Below, one piece after another: positions 1 to 10,305 of a stretch of 64,000 nt of DNA; the stretch's first letter is position 1; each line of letters starts with the position of its first letter. The position numbers and the translations under genes were made by a program. Under the pieces are notes generated by a model. It had not been told where the DNA came from. It searched no databases and saw only the letters and a list, made by a program, of their open reading frames with translations. This DNA is from a virus, in IMG/VR virus record IMGVR_UViG_3300030106_006724, positions 1-64,000 of that record. One strand, given 5' to 3'.

Positions 1-2
1 GT

Positions 3-473
3 TCAGGTAAAGACGGAGCAAGAAGAGCTACCGATAGACAACATAAAGGTTTAGATATATCAGCAGCTCCTGGTACTAAAATGGTAGCTGCAATAGATGG
101 CAACATAAGTTTTTATAGTAAATATACTGCAAAAGGTGGTCCATTTTTGCAAATAGAAGGAACAGGAGACTATCAAGGATATGTAATACAGTACGGTTAC
201 TGTAATCATGGAGTAGTAGGAGTTTACGATCCTGTTACTGCGCCAGGAGGCGGTTCTTTAAAAGAAGTAAAAGCAGGACAGCATATTGGTTATATGACTG
301 ATATGGTAGGAGGACATCCAAAAGTGACTTCGATAGGGGTAACATTAAAACCTGAACAGTCATTTGTTGGATACGGAGGAAAAATGGTTAACCACGTTCA
401 TTTTAGAGTAACTGATCCAAATGGAACTAATATAGATCCTGAAACATTACCATATAAAACTGTAACAGTATAA
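3..473 (+). CDS. M23-family metallopeptidase domain protein, 5'-truncated (probably virion-associated lysin)
   Basis: Frame is open from the window start (SGKDGARRATDRQHKGLDISAAPGTK...); HxxxD (HKGLD) and HxH (NHVHF) motifs. Confidence 0.8.
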   Translation, partial: SGKDGARRATDRQHKGLDISAAPGTKMVAAIDGNISFYSKYTAKGGPFLQIEGTGDYQGYVIQYGYCNHGVVGVYDPVTAPGGGSLKEVKAGQHIGYMTDMVGGHPKVTSIGVTLKPEQSFVGYGGKMVNHVHFRVTDPNGTNIDPETLPYKTVTV

Positions 474-476
474 GAT

Positions 477-1343
477 ATGTATATACCATTAAGTAAATAT
501 ACTAAAGCAAAATATACCCGAGGAGGGGAGCTAGCTAAAAGCGACGGATCTAGTTATGTAGGCTGGTACTTTAAAGATTTAGCTGGTAATACTTTTGCAG
601 GTAAAAAGCCGTCTAAATCTGCTGTTAGGTTAACTAAAGATGATGATGAATTCGTTACAGTAATTCCTAATTCTCCTTTTAAACCTGATTATATTCAACC
701 TACCGCAGGTGATTATAGTAATGGTTTTTTTATAAGATATTTTTTACAAGATAAGAGATCTAAAAAAATTATAGAAGTAAAAAAAGAAAAATTTGATTAT
801 CATAAAAAATTTAGTTATATTATTAGTTTAGAATTAGAATGGTTATTAACTAATCCTATAGAAAATATTAATAAAGGACCTTATGTTTATTTTGGATCAT
901 CAGCAAGAAATAAAGAAACAGTAATGGATCAAAGTAAAATTAATTTTCCAAAAAATTACTTTAGCAATTACTATCAATTTATAAAAGAAGAAGAGGTTGA
1001 ACTAACAAAACAACAACTATCTAATCCTAAATTCGACCCAGTTACTGATAAAAAAGATAGAGTTCAAGAAAATTTATTTACTGAAGGTGGAGAATATTAT
1101 ATTAAAGGTACAAATAAAGAATATGTTGGTAAATATCATATTCATCCTACAAAAGGAGCTATGGTAGGTGCTAAGCATACTAGATTACCTCATGATTCCC
1201 TAGTAAGAATAGACCCTACTAAAATGGAAACTACCACTCAATTAGATACTGGTTCTCAAGAGTTTACCCCTTCAGTTAATATAAGTGGAGGAACCGGATT
1301 TACCGCAGGTAGTAGCGGAGGAGGAGGATCTTCTGGTTATTAG
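477..1343 (+). CDS. Phage hypothetical protein (possibly virion-associated)
   Basis: 288 aa ORF; two YTxGGE/FTEGGE...YVGxY repeats; Gly/Ser-rich tail. Confidence 0.6.
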   Translation: MYIPLSKYTKAKYTRGGELAKSDGSSYVGWYFKDLAGNTFAGKKPSKSAVRLTKDDDEFVTVIPNSPFKPDYIQPTAGDYSNGFFIRYFLQDKRSKKIIEVKKEKFDYHKKFSYIISLELEWLLTNPIENINKGPYVYFGSSARNKETVMDQSKINFPKNYFSNYYQFIKEEEVELTKQQLSNPKFDPVTDKKDRVQENLFTEGGEYYIKGTNKEYVGKYHIHPTKGAMVGAKHTRLPHDSLVRIDPTKMETTTQLDTGSQEFTPSVNISGGTGFTAGSSGGGGSSGY

Positions 1344-1375
1344 TTGGTAATTTAAAATTTATTACTTATATTATA
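1342..1375 (+). promoter_or_regulatory. Recurrent promoter motif class A (GTTG-N20-TATATT)
   Basis: TTGGTA 1344-1349, 17 nt, TATATT 1367-1372; same spacing at 10 other sites. Confidence 0.8.
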
Positions 1376-1389
1376 AAAAAGGTTATAGA

Positions 1390-2715
1390 GTGTTTTATAT
1401 TTCAGAAACGGATTATCAGTTAGAAAGATTAAAAAATTTAGGTAGATTAGGAGCATTTATACATGTTATTTCTTCTAATGATAATTATCACCCTAAATTA
1501 GCTGATACATTAGCAGTTTACATAAGGCCTATTGATAGTAAATACGGATATATTATTCCTATAGATCATGAAGAAGGTTTAAATGTAAAAAAAGAACGTG
1601 TCTACGACCTTTTACAAGGTTTTAGTACTCTATATACTATCGATAAGAAAGAATTGCTATACCACTTTAATATACAGGAGTCTATTGATTTATCTCTTCT
1701 ATACTCTATGGTAAAATTTGATAGGTTAGAATACTCTAAAGAAAATTCTACTATTAATTACTTTTACCATAAACATAGAGATTTTAAAGATATAAATAAA
1801 TTAATTCCTATAAGTAAATTATATGAGTCTTGTGAAAAACTATATGATCAAATAAAAAATGTTATAAAGTATAAAATACCATCAGGTTTTGATTTTTATA
1901 ATACTACTGCTATTAATGTATTTTACTTAATAGAGCAGGCTGGACTAGGAGTTTACTATGAAGCATATAATGAATTATTTAAACCTCGTAATCCTTTATA
2001 TAATACTGTTAATAATACAGTTTTAACTTATTATAATTTATATAATATTACATCTCGACCTACTAACTCGTTTAATAGTGTTAATTATGCTGCTATTCCT
2101 CATTCTGATAAGCATAGAAAAGCTTTTAAACCGTTGAACGACTATTTTGTAGAGTTCGATTTCGATGGTTACCATTTAAGACTATTATGTGATCAAATTG
2201 ATTATCCGCTTAATGAAGAATCTGCTCATAAGCAACTTGCTAAGTTATATTTTAATAAAAAAGAAATTAGTGATGATGAGTATAGTAAAGCTAAGCAGAT
2301 AAACTTTCAGGCTATTTACGGTAAAATACCTGAAGAGCATGCATTTTTAGAAGTTTTTGAAAAAATAGATAAGTTTATTAAAGATTTATGGAAAAAATTT
2401 GAAAAGAAAGGTAAAATTGAAGCTCCTATTAGTAAAAAACCCTTTACTAAGCAGTTAAAAGATATGCATCCGCAAAAATTAATGAATTATGTGATGCAAT
2501 CGTTGGAAACTTCAAGAAATATACTTATCTTAAAAGAAGTACTAAGGTACTTAAAAAATAAAAAATCAAAAATAGTTTTATATACGTATGATTCTATTAC
2601 ATTTGATTTTAGTAAAGAAGATGGAAAAGAAACTTTAGAGGATATTAAAAATATACTAGAAGAAGGTAAAAAATACCCAATAAAGTTTAAATATTCCAAT
2701 AATTTAGTTTTGTAA
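1390..2715 (+). CDS. Divergent family A DNA polymerase-like protein
   Basis: Motif A EFDFDGYHLRLL, motif B KAKQINFQAIYG, motif C LYTYDS; TSRPT; GTG start. Confidence 0.75.
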   Translation: MFYISETDYQLERLKNLGRLGAFIHVISSNDNYHPKLADTLAVYIRPIDSKYGYIIPIDHEEGLNVKKERVYDLLQGFSTLYTIDKKELLYHFNIQESIDLSLLYSMVKFDRLEYSKENSTINYFYHKHRDFKDINKLIPISKLYESCEKLYDQIKNVIKYKIPSGFDFYNTTAINVFYLIEQAGLGVYYEAYNELFKPRNPLYNTVNNTVLTYYNLYNITSRPTNSFNSVNYAAIPHSDKHRKAFKPLNDYFVEFDFDGYHLRLLCDQIDYPLNEESAHKQLAKLYFNKKEISDDEYSKAKQINFQAIYGKIPEEHAFLEVFEKIDKFIKDLWKKFEKKGKIEAPISKKPFTKQLKDMHPQKLMNYVMQSLETSRNILILKEVLRYLKNKKSKIVLYTYDSITFDFSKEDGKETLEDIKNILEEGKKYPIKFKYSNNLVL

Positions 2716-2737
2716 AACAGTTTAATATTTATATAAA

Positions 2738-3187
2738 ATGGCAAATGTTGTGGCCTCCAGGTTCGATTACGATTTAGAACCTCTTTATTTAAACGAAGAT
2801 ATGAGTAATAAACTGTTCTGTACTTTTGCTACAGAAGATTCACTTGAGAGTGTACTTAACCAAATTCAAGAACGTTATAAGATTATCTATAATAAGATAT
2901 TCGTTCTTTACTCTAAAAGTCAAGACGAGTATATCTGTACTTATAATGTAGATTTTGGTAATGTAGGCGCATTTTTAGATAATACTATTCTAGTTCATAG
3001 AAAGAAAGAATCTAATACTCTATATACTATCAACGCTTTAAATACATTAATTAAGCAATTAAATGGAGGAGTCTTAGATACTACCTATAAAATAAACTGG
3101 ACAGATTTCAGAAACTGCATACTACTCACTAAAGGTCCAGATCTCAAAAGAATAAATACAAAATTATACAAAATTTTAGAGATATAG
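2738..3187 (+). CDS. Phage hypothetical protein
   Basis: 149 aa ORF in replication cluster, preceded by TATTTATA at 2726. Confidence 0.7.
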   Translation: MANVVASRFDYDLEPLYLNEDMSNKLFCTFATEDSLESVLNQIQERYKIIYNKIFVLYSKSQDEYICTYNVDFGNVGAFLDNTILVHRKKESNTLYTINALNTLIKQLNGGVLDTTYKINWTDFRNCILLTKGPDLKRINTKLYKILEI

Positions 3188-3220
3188 TTGGATAATAGAA
3201 TTTTATTACCTATATTATAT
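3186..3220 (+). promoter_or_regulatory. Promoter motif class A
   Basis: TTGGAT 3188-3193, 17 nt, TATATT 3211-3216. Confidence 0.8.
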
Positions 3221-3249
3221 TAAACGTTATATTTTAAAATTAGTTATAT

Positions 3250-4053
3250 ATGGATTTAAATGCGATCAAGGCAAAATTAGATGCCTTAAACAACGGTAAT
3301 AATCAGCAAGAAAAAACTGATTATACCAAAATTTTCTGGAGACCTGAATTAGGTAAACAGACAGTTAGAATTGTTCCATCAGCGTTTGACCCTACATTTC
3401 CTTTTAAAGAGTTGAAGTTTCATTACGGTATAGGGAAGTACCCAATGGTAGCTTTATCGAATTTCGGTAAGCAAGACCCTATAGAAGAGTTTGTAAAGGA
3501 ACTTAAAAAGACTTCAGATAAGGATAATTGGTCATTAGCAGGGAAGCTTAACCCGAAAACTAGAATCTTTGCACCTGTAATAGTTAGAGGTGAAGAAGAT
3601 AAAGGTGTAAGGTTATGGGGATTCGGTATTACTATCTACAAAGCATTATTAGCATTAGCTGAAGATGAAGATGTAGGTGATTTTACTGATGTTATAAACG
3701 GTTGGGATATGATTGTTGAACAACAACAAGGTAATCCTTATCCTACTACTTCGGTTAGAATTAAACCTAAGCAATCTCCTTTATCAGATAATAATGATTT
3801 AGTAGATACTTGGTTAAAAACTCAACCTAACCCGGTAGAGGTTCATTCTCAATACGATTATGATTTTATTAAGAAACAACTTCAAAATTATTTGAATCCT
3901 GGATCAGCTGAGGAGAATGCTCCAGCAGCAGGTTCGGAATCAAGTACGCCAGAAAGCTCAGGAAGTCCTCAAAAGACTGACTTTACTTTGGAAACAGCTA
4001 CTGCTGGCAACAAAGATACAGTTAGTAAGTTTGATGATTTATTTAATGAGTAA
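3250..4053 (+). CDS. Single-stranded DNA-binding protein (T4 gp32-like)
   Basis: FWRP..GKQTVRIVP, DPIEE, acidic C-terminal tail (FDDLFNE); next to recombinase. Confidence 0.8.
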   Translation: MDLNAIKAKLDALNNGNNQQEKTDYTKIFWRPELGKQTVRIVPSAFDPTFPFKELKFHYGIGKYPMVALSNFGKQDPIEEFVKELKKTSDKDNWSLAGKLNPKTRIFAPVIVRGEEDKGVRLWGFGITIYKALLALAEDEDVGDFTDVINGWDMIVEQQQGNPYPTTSVRIKPKQSPLSDNNDLVDTWLKTQPNPVEVHSQYDYDFIKKQLQNYLNPGSAEENAPAAGSESSTPESSGSPQKTDFTLETATAGNKDTVSKFDDLFNE

Positions 4054-5123
4054 TGGCAAAAAAGAAAGAAGTACAACAAAGAGCGACCGCTGCAGTACGT
4101 AAGTCGTTCAATTTAAGCAATTTTAAAAAGAAGAAAGGTTTTTCTAATGCCTCTGTTAAATTTAAAGAACAGGGCTGGATACCACTATCTAAAGCTTTTC
4201 AAGACATTACTTCCCTACCCGGTATACCTACCGGTCACATCACTCTTTTAAGAGGACACAGTGATACGGGCAAAACGACTGCCCTAATAGAAGCTGCGGT
4301 GAGTGCTCAGAAAATGGGCATTCTCCCAGTCTTTATTATTACTGAGATGAAGTGGTCTTGGGAACATGCTAAAGAAATGGGATTAGAAGTAAGCGAGGTA
4401 ACAGATGCTAATGGTACTATCGTTGATTACGAAGGTCATTTTTTATATGCAGATAGAGGTACTCTAAATACTATAGAAGATGTAGCAGTTTATATTGCTG
4501 ACTTAATGGATGAACAAGCAAAAGGAAATCTTCCTTTTGATATGTGTTTTCTATGGGACTCAATAGGATCTGTTCCTTGTGATCTATCAGTACGTTCTAA
4601 TAAGAATAATAATGAATGGAACGCAGGAGCTATGTCTACTCAGTTTGGAAATAACCTAAATCAAAAAATTCTTTTATCTAGAAAAGAAAACTCACCTTAT
4701 ACTAATACTTTAGTAGCTATTAATAAGGTATGGACTATGAAACCTGAATCACCTATGGGTATGCCTAAATTACAAAATAAAGGAGGGATGTCTATGTGGT
4801 ATGATGCTACGTTAGTAGTTACTTTTGGTAATATTACTAACCCAGGTACGTCTAAAATTAAAGCTATTAAGAATGGTATGCAAGTAGAGTTTGCTAAAAG
4901 AACTAACGTTCAAATAGAAAAGAATCATATTGGAGGAGTACAGTCTAGAGGTAGAGTAGTAATGACTCAACATGGTTTTATCCCAGATGATAAAAGAGCG
5001 ATTGATAAGTATAAAGATCAGTATAAAGATCACTGGTTAAAATTAGTTGGTAGCTTAGATTTCGATCTAGTCGAAGAAGGAGATTTAGAAGAAGAAAAAA
5101 TTACTACTAATTTATTAGACTAG
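4053..5123 (+). CDS. RecA/UvsX-like recombinase
   Basis: Walker A GHSDTGKT, Walker B WDSIGS, KGG, KNH motifs. Confidence 0.85.
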   Translation: MAKKKEVQQRATAAVRKSFNLSNFKKKKGFSNASVKFKEQGWIPLSKAFQDITSLPGIPTGHITLLRGHSDTGKTTALIEAAVSAQKMGILPVFIITEMKWSWEHAKEMGLEVSEVTDANGTIVDYEGHFLYADRGTLNTIEDVAVYIADLMDEQAKGNLPFDMCFLWDSIGSVPCDLSVRSNKNNNEWNAGAMSTQFGNNLNQKILLSRKENSPYTNTLVAINKVWTMKPESPMGMPKLQNKGGMSMWYDATLVVTFGNITNPGTSKIKAIKNGMQVEFAKRTNVQIEKNHIGGVQSRGRVVMTQHGFIPDDKRAIDKYKDQYKDHWLKLVGSLDFDLVEEGDLEEEKITTNLLD

Positions 5124-6142
5124 TGGCATACGATAATATACTAAAGAATTTAAAGCAGACCCCACCCCGAGAGCTGAACGATCACATTTTAGTGATCGAT
5201 GCTATGAATATGTTGATTCGTAGCTTTTCCCTGCTCAAAGCAATGAGTCCAACAGGTCACCATATCGGAGGCCTGGTTGGCTTCTTGCGATCTTTAGGAT
5301 ATGTTACTAGAATATTTGACCCTACTAGAGTAGTAGTTGTATGGGACGGTAAAGGAGCTTCCGGAAATCGTCAAAATATAAACCCTGATTATAAAGCTCA
5401 TAGAGCTACTAATAGAATTACACACTGGGGATTATACGATACTAAGCAAGAAGAAACTGAAGCACTAGTAGGTCAATTATTTAGAACTAAAGACTATCTT
5501 GAATGCCTTCCAGTACATCAGATTATGATGGAAAAATTAGAGGCTGATGATATTATAGCTTACTTAGCTCAAGAAGCTACTAAAAATAAAAAGAAATTTA
5601 CTATTATTTCTTCTGATAAAGACTTTTTACAGATGATTAATAAGTACGTAGAGGTCTACGCACCAGTTAAGAAAAAAGTTTATACTATTAAAAATACTAA
5701 AGATGAAATAAAAGTAATACCAGAAAATTATAACTTAGTAAAAGCATTATTAGGTGATAATTCCGATGGGTTAAGAGGGGTAAAAGGTTTAGGTATAAAA
5801 ACTATAGTATCAGAATTTCCTGATGTAGTTAATAAATCTAAAACTAATTTAGATTATATATTTAATATATGTGAAAAAAATATAGAAGGTAAAAAAATCT
5901 TTTCTAAAATTATTCATCAATGGGATAAAGTAGAAACTAACTTTAAATTAATGAATTTACATGAAAGTGTGTTGGATAATAAAGAAAAAGATACTATATT
6001 AGATATTATAAAAAGTGATATACCTGATCTTCAAGCAGGAGCTTTCTTACATCTATTAGATACTGATAGAATAGAAGGTGTAACTAAGAATACTGAAGGT
6101 TGGTTAGAAAACTTTAGGGGTTTAACGGTTTTTAAAAAATAG
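5123..6142 (+). CDS. 5'-3' exonuclease / flap endonuclease (T4 RNase H-like)
   Basis: VIDAMN, YKAHR, EADD, SSDKDF, GDNSD..GVKGLG H3TH motif. Confidence 0.9.
   Translation: MAYDNILKNLKQTPPRELNDHILVIDAMNMLIRSFSLLKAMSPTGHHIGGLVGFLRSLGYVTRIFDPTRVVVVWDGKGASGNRQNINPDYKAHRATNRITHWGLYDTKQEETEALVGQLFRTKDYLECLPVHQIMMEKLEADDIIAYLAQEATKNKKKFTIISSDKDFLQMINKYVEVYAPVKKKVYTIKNTKDEIKVIPENYNLVKALLGDNSDGLRGVKGLGIKTIVSEFPDVVNKSKTNLDYIFNICEKNIEGKKIFSKIIHQWDKVETNFKLMNLHESVLDNKEKDTILDIIKSDIPDLQAGAFLHLLDTDRIEGVTKNTEGWLENFRGLTVFKK
5971..6000 (+). promoter_or_regulatory. Intragenic promoter motif class A upstream of helicase
   Basis: TTGGAT 5972-5977, 17 nt, TATATT 5995-6000 inside the exonuclease CDS. Confidence 0.6.
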
Positions 6143-6148
6143 GTTATT

Positions 6149-7495
6149 ATGACATTAAAAAGTCTTCAACAGTACGGTAAAGCATTTCAATTAAAAGTGC
6201 TTGGATCGTTGCTTACTGATAAGACATTTCTATTAAACGTTAGAGATGTACTTTACCCAGATTATTTTGATGCTGATTCTCATAAATGGATCATATCTCA
6301 AATTATAGAATATTTTGATCAGTATCACACGATAATTACTATGGATGTTCTTAAAGTTGAACTACATAAAGTGGAAAATGAAGTATTGCAAGTAGCATTA
6401 AAAGAAGAATTAAGAAACTCTTATGCATCATCTCAAGACGATTTAGAATACGTACAAGAGGAATTTACTAATTTTTGTAAGAATCAAGAAATGAAAAATG
6501 CTATTTTGAATTCAGCTGATTTACTTAAGTTAGGAGATTTTGATGGTATAAGAAACTTAGTAGAAAAAGCTATTAAAGCTGGAATGGATAAAAATATAGG
6601 ACATGAATATAATAAAGATGTTGAAACTAGGTATAGGGTTGATTACAGGCCTACTATTCCTTCTCCTTGGCCGATTCTTAATGAAGGAATTCAAGGAGGC
6701 TTCGGACCGGGCGACTTAGGAATTATTTTCGGTAGCCCTGGTGGTGGTAAATCTTGGACTATGGTTGCAATTGCAGCTCACGCAGTTCAGTTAGGTCATA
6801 AAGTTAATTACTATACTTTAGAATTAGGAGAAGATTATGTAGGTAAAAGATTTGACTGTTATTTTACAGGTTATAGTATTGATGAAATAAATAAACATAG
6901 AAAAGACGTTCAAACGTATGTTGATAATTTAAAAGGTAAATTAATAGTAAAAGAATACCCTCCTAAAGGTGCTTCTATTTCTACTATTAAAGCTCACGTA
7001 CAGAAATGTATTGATATGGATCATAAACCTGATATGATAATTATTGATTACGTTGATTATTTAAGAGCTCCTTCTAAAAGTAAATACTCAGAACGTAAAG
7101 ATGAGATTGATGATAATTTTATAGCTACTAAAGGTTTAGCTAAAGATTTAAAAATTCCTATTCTTACTCCTTCTCAAGTAAATAGAATGGGTGCTAGAGA
7201 TAGTATTATTGAAGGAGATAAAGCAGCAGGATCTTATGATAAAATGATGGTAGCAGATGTTTGTTTATCGCTATCAAGAATGAAAGAAGATAAAGTACTA
7301 GGAACTGGTAGAATACATGTTATGAAAAATAGATATGGTCAAGACGGTATGACGTATAATATTAAAATGGATACTAATAATGGACATATTGATTTCGAAG
7401 GTAAAACCGATCCTGCAGAACTAATAGTTGACGAGTCAAAACCTACTTTTAATCTAGATAGTCAGACTATGTCAAAAATATTTGAAAATAAATAA
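6149..7495 (+). CDS. dnaB: DnaB-like replicative helicase
   Basis: GSPGGGKS Walker A, TLE, IIIDY, SQVNR, KNRYG. Confidence 0.9.
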   Translation: MTLKSLQQYGKAFQLKVLGSLLTDKTFLLNVRDVLYPDYFDADSHKWIISQIIEYFDQYHTIITMDVLKVELHKVENEVLQVALKEELRNSYASSQDDLEYVQEEFTNFCKNQEMKNAILNSADLLKLGDFDGIRNLVEKAIKAGMDKNIGHEYNKDVETRYRVDYRPTIPSPWPILNEGIQGGFGPGDLGIIFGSPGGGKSWTMVAIAAHAVQLGHKVNYYTLELGEDYVGKRFDCYFTGYSIDEINKHRKDVQTYVDNLKGKLIVKEYPPKGASISTIKAHVQKCIDMDHKPDMIIIDYVDYLRAPSKSKYSERKDEIDDNFIATKGLAKDLKIPILTPSQVNRMGARDSIIEGDKAAGSYDKMMVADVCLSLSRMKEDKVLGTGRIHVMKNRYGQDGMTYNIKMDTNNGHIDFEGKTDPAELIVDESKPTFNLDSQTMSKIFENK

Positions 7496-7540
7496 AAAAA
7501 ATAACAAGGAACATGAATATATATGATATTTATTTGAGAG

Positions 7541-7571
7541 TCCTTGAGAGAATCCTTTCAAGGATCTTTTT
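7541..7571 (+). terminator. Intrinsic terminator-like hairpin
   Basis: TCCTTGAGAG-AATC-CTTTCAAGGA (10 bp, one G.U) followed by TCTTTTT. Confidence 0.6.
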
Positions 7572-7602
7572 GTCTAACCCCATAAGTAATATATAAAGAT
7601 AT

Positions 7603-8580
7603 ATGAGTTTAATAAAAGAAAGAGTGGTTTATAAACCCTTCGAATACCCTAAAGCGTTTGATTTTTGGTTAAAGCAACAACAAGCTCATTGGCTTCATAC
7701 TGAAGTACCAATGGCTCAAGATGTTTCTGATTGGAAAAGTAATTTAAAAGATCATGAAAAAAATATTATAGGTCAAATTTTAAAAGGATTTGCACAGACT
7801 GAAACTATAGTAAATGATTACTGGTCTACTTTAGTAACTAAATGGTTTAGGAAACCTGAAGTAATTATGATGGGTACTACATTAGGTTCTAGCGAAACTA
7901 TTCATGCAGAAGCTTATTCTTTATTAAACGAACAATTAGGGTTAGACGACTTTGCTGAGTTTTTAGAAGATGAAACTACAATGGCTAAAATAGAAGCTTT
8001 AATGAATGTTAGAGATAATCATGACGGTACTCCTAACTGGCATGAAAGAGCTAAATCATTAGCTATATTCTCAGCTTTTACTGAAGGTGTTAATCTATTT
8101 TCTTCTTTTGCTGTTTTATTATCTTTTAAAATGAGAAATAAATTAAAAGGAGTTGGACAGATAGTTGAATGGTCAGTAAGAGATGAATCATTACATTCAG
8201 ATGCTGGTTGTTGGTTATTTAGAACTTTAATGGAAGAAAATCCTAAGTTTAAAACTAAAAAATTAGTTAAACAAATAGAAGAAGCAGCTCATTTAGCTTT
8301 AGAATTAGAATTTAATTTTATAGATAAAGCTTTTGAAATGGGGGATTTAGAAAATCTTAAAAAAGATGAACTTAAAAACTTTATCAAGCATAGAGTTAAT
8401 ACTAAAATGACTGATCTTGGATTAGATCCTATAATTCCAGCATCAGAGATAGATAAAGGTGCGTTAAAAACTATGAAATGGTTTGATGCAGTAATAGCTG
8501 GTAAACAGCATACTGATTTTTTTGCAAATAGAGTTACTAACTATGCCAAAGGGCATATGGATTGGTCTAACGCATTTTAA
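7603..8580 (+). CDS. nrdB: Class I ribonucleotide reductase beta subunit
   Basis: ETIHAEAY, FTEGV, DESLH metal ligands; DFFANRVTNY C-terminus. Confidence 0.95.
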   Translation: MSLIKERVVYKPFEYPKAFDFWLKQQQAHWLHTEVPMAQDVSDWKSNLKDHEKNIIGQILKGFAQTETIVNDYWSTLVTKWFRKPEVIMMGTTLGSSETIHAEAYSLLNEQLGLDDFAEFLEDETTMAKIEALMNVRDNHDGTPNWHERAKSLAIFSAFTEGVNLFSSFAVLLSFKMRNKLKGVGQIVEWSVRDESLHSDAGCWLFRTLMEENPKFKTKKLVKQIEEAAHLALELEFNFIDKAFEMGDLENLKKDELKNFIKHRVNTKMTDLGLDPIIPASEIDKGALKTMKWFDAVIAGKQHTDFFANRVTNYAKGHMDWSNAF

Positions 8581-8589
8581 TATAAGGTT

Positions 8590-10305
8590 ATGACAATACA
8601 AGTAGATTATTCCCAATGGGAAAAGGGTAAGGATTACCCAGATTGGATGAATGAAATATCTTTAGCTACAATATCTAAAGGTTATTTACTACCAGACGAA
8701 ACTCCTAAATTAGCTTTTAGAAGGGTAGCTAATACTATAGCTATGAGATTAGATAAACCTGATTTAGCTAATAAATTTTTTAGGTATATGTGGAAAGGGT
8801 GGTTAAATTTAGCATCTCCTGTATTATCTAATACTGGTACTGATAAAGGATTACCTATTAGTTGTTTTGGTATAGATACTCCTGATTCTATTAGAGGAAT
8901 AGGTCTAACTAATGCTGAATTAATGAGGTTGACATCTTTAGGAGGAGGAGTAGGAATTAGTTTATCAAGAGTAAGAGGAAGAGGTAAAAAAATCGGAAAT
9001 GGAGTTATGGGTCATTCAGAAGGAGTAGTACCTTGGGCTAAAATTTATGATTCTACTATAATAGCTACTAATCAAGGTGCAGTAAGAAGAGGAGCAGCCT
9101 CAGTAAATCTTGATATAAACCATCCTGATATACAGGAATATCTACAAATAAGAAGACCTAAGGGAGATCCTAATAGACAGTGCTTAAATTTACATCAAGC
9201 TGTAATGGTAGATGATTCGTTTATGGAACGTCTTGAAAGAAGAGAACAAGAAGCAATGGATCTTTGGGTAAAAATATTAAAATCTAGAGTTGAAACTGGA
9301 GAGCCTTATATTATGTATTCAGATAATGTAAATAATGCTAATCCACCTGCTTATAAAAAGAATAACCTAGAAGTTACAATGACAAATATATGTTCTGAGA
9401 TAACGCTTTTTACAGATGAAGAGCATAGTTTTATTTGTTGCTTATCAAGCGTTAATCTTACAAAATGGCATGAATGGAAAAATACAGACCTAGTAGAAAC
9501 TGCAATTTACTTTTTAGACGGAGTTTTAGAAGAATTTTTAGCAAAAACTTCTGGAAGAGAATCACTAATAAGAGCGCATAGAAGTGCTAAAAAAGGTAGA
9601 GCAGTAGGATTAGGAGTATTAGGATGGCATACTTTTTTACAGAACGAAAGAATACCTTTTTCATCAGTAGCAGCAACTTCATTAACTCATCAAATTTTCT
9701 CTGATATTAAACAAAAAGCTGAAAAAGCATCAAGAGAGTTAGCTGATGAATATGGTGAACCAGTTTGGTGTAGAGGTACGGGGATGAGAAATAGTCATTT
9801 ACTTGCTATAGCTCCAACAGTATCTAATTCAACTATAGCTGGAGGAGTTTCTGCAGGCATTGAACCTTTACCGGCTAATATATGGACTTTTAACTCAGCT
9901 AAAGGTACTTTTATTAGAAAAAATAGGGCATTAGAAGCTTATTTAGAAGAAAGAGGTCATAATACTGATGAAGTATGGGATCAGATAATGAGAGATAGAG
10001 GATCAGTAGTAAATTTACCTGAAGAAATTATATCAGCTGAAGATAAAGAGATATTTTATACTTTTGCTGAAATAAATCAATTACAATTAGTAGAACAAGC
10101 AGCAGCTAGGCAAAAGTATATAGATCAAACTCAATCTTTGAATTTAGCTTTTGATCCAGGCGATTCTCCAAAATTTATTAACGAAGTTCATCAAGCTGCT
10201 TGGAGATTAGGAATAAAAACACTATATTATTTAAGAACAGACTCGGTAATTAATGGAGATATAGGAACTCGTACCTCTGTAGACTGTTTAAGTTGCGATG
10301 GATAA
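8590..10305 (+). CDS. nrdA: Class I ribonucleotide reductase alpha subunit (no ATP cone)
   Basis: ISCF, TNICSE, CCLSS, APTVS, KTLYY, C-terminal CLSC. Confidence 0.95.
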   Translation: MTIQVDYSQWEKGKDYPDWMNEISLATISKGYLLPDETPKLAFRRVANTIAMRLDKPDLANKFFRYMWKGWLNLASPVLSNTGTDKGLPISCFGIDTPDSIRGIGLTNAELMRLTSLGGGVGISLSRVRGRGKKIGNGVMGHSEGVVPWAKIYDSTIIATNQGAVRRGAASVNLDINHPDIQEYLQIRRPKGDPNRQCLNLHQAVMVDDSFMERLERREQEAMDLWVKILKSRVETGEPYIMYSDNVNNANPPAYKKNNLEVTMTNICSEITLFTDEEHSFICCLSSVNLTKWHEWKNTDLVETAIYFLDGVLEEFLAKTSGRESLIRAHRSAKKGRAVGLGVLGWHTFLQNERIPFSSVAATSLTHQIFSDIKQKAEKASRELADEYGEPVWCRGTGMRNSHLLAIAPTVSNSTIAGGVSAGIEPLPANIWTFNSAKGTFIRKNRALEAYLEERGHNTDEVWDQIMRDRGSVVNLPEEIISAEDKEIFYTFAEINQLQLVEQAAARQKYIDQTQSLNLAFDPGDSPKFINEVHQAAWRLGIKTLYYLRTDSVINGDIGTRTSVDCLSCDG

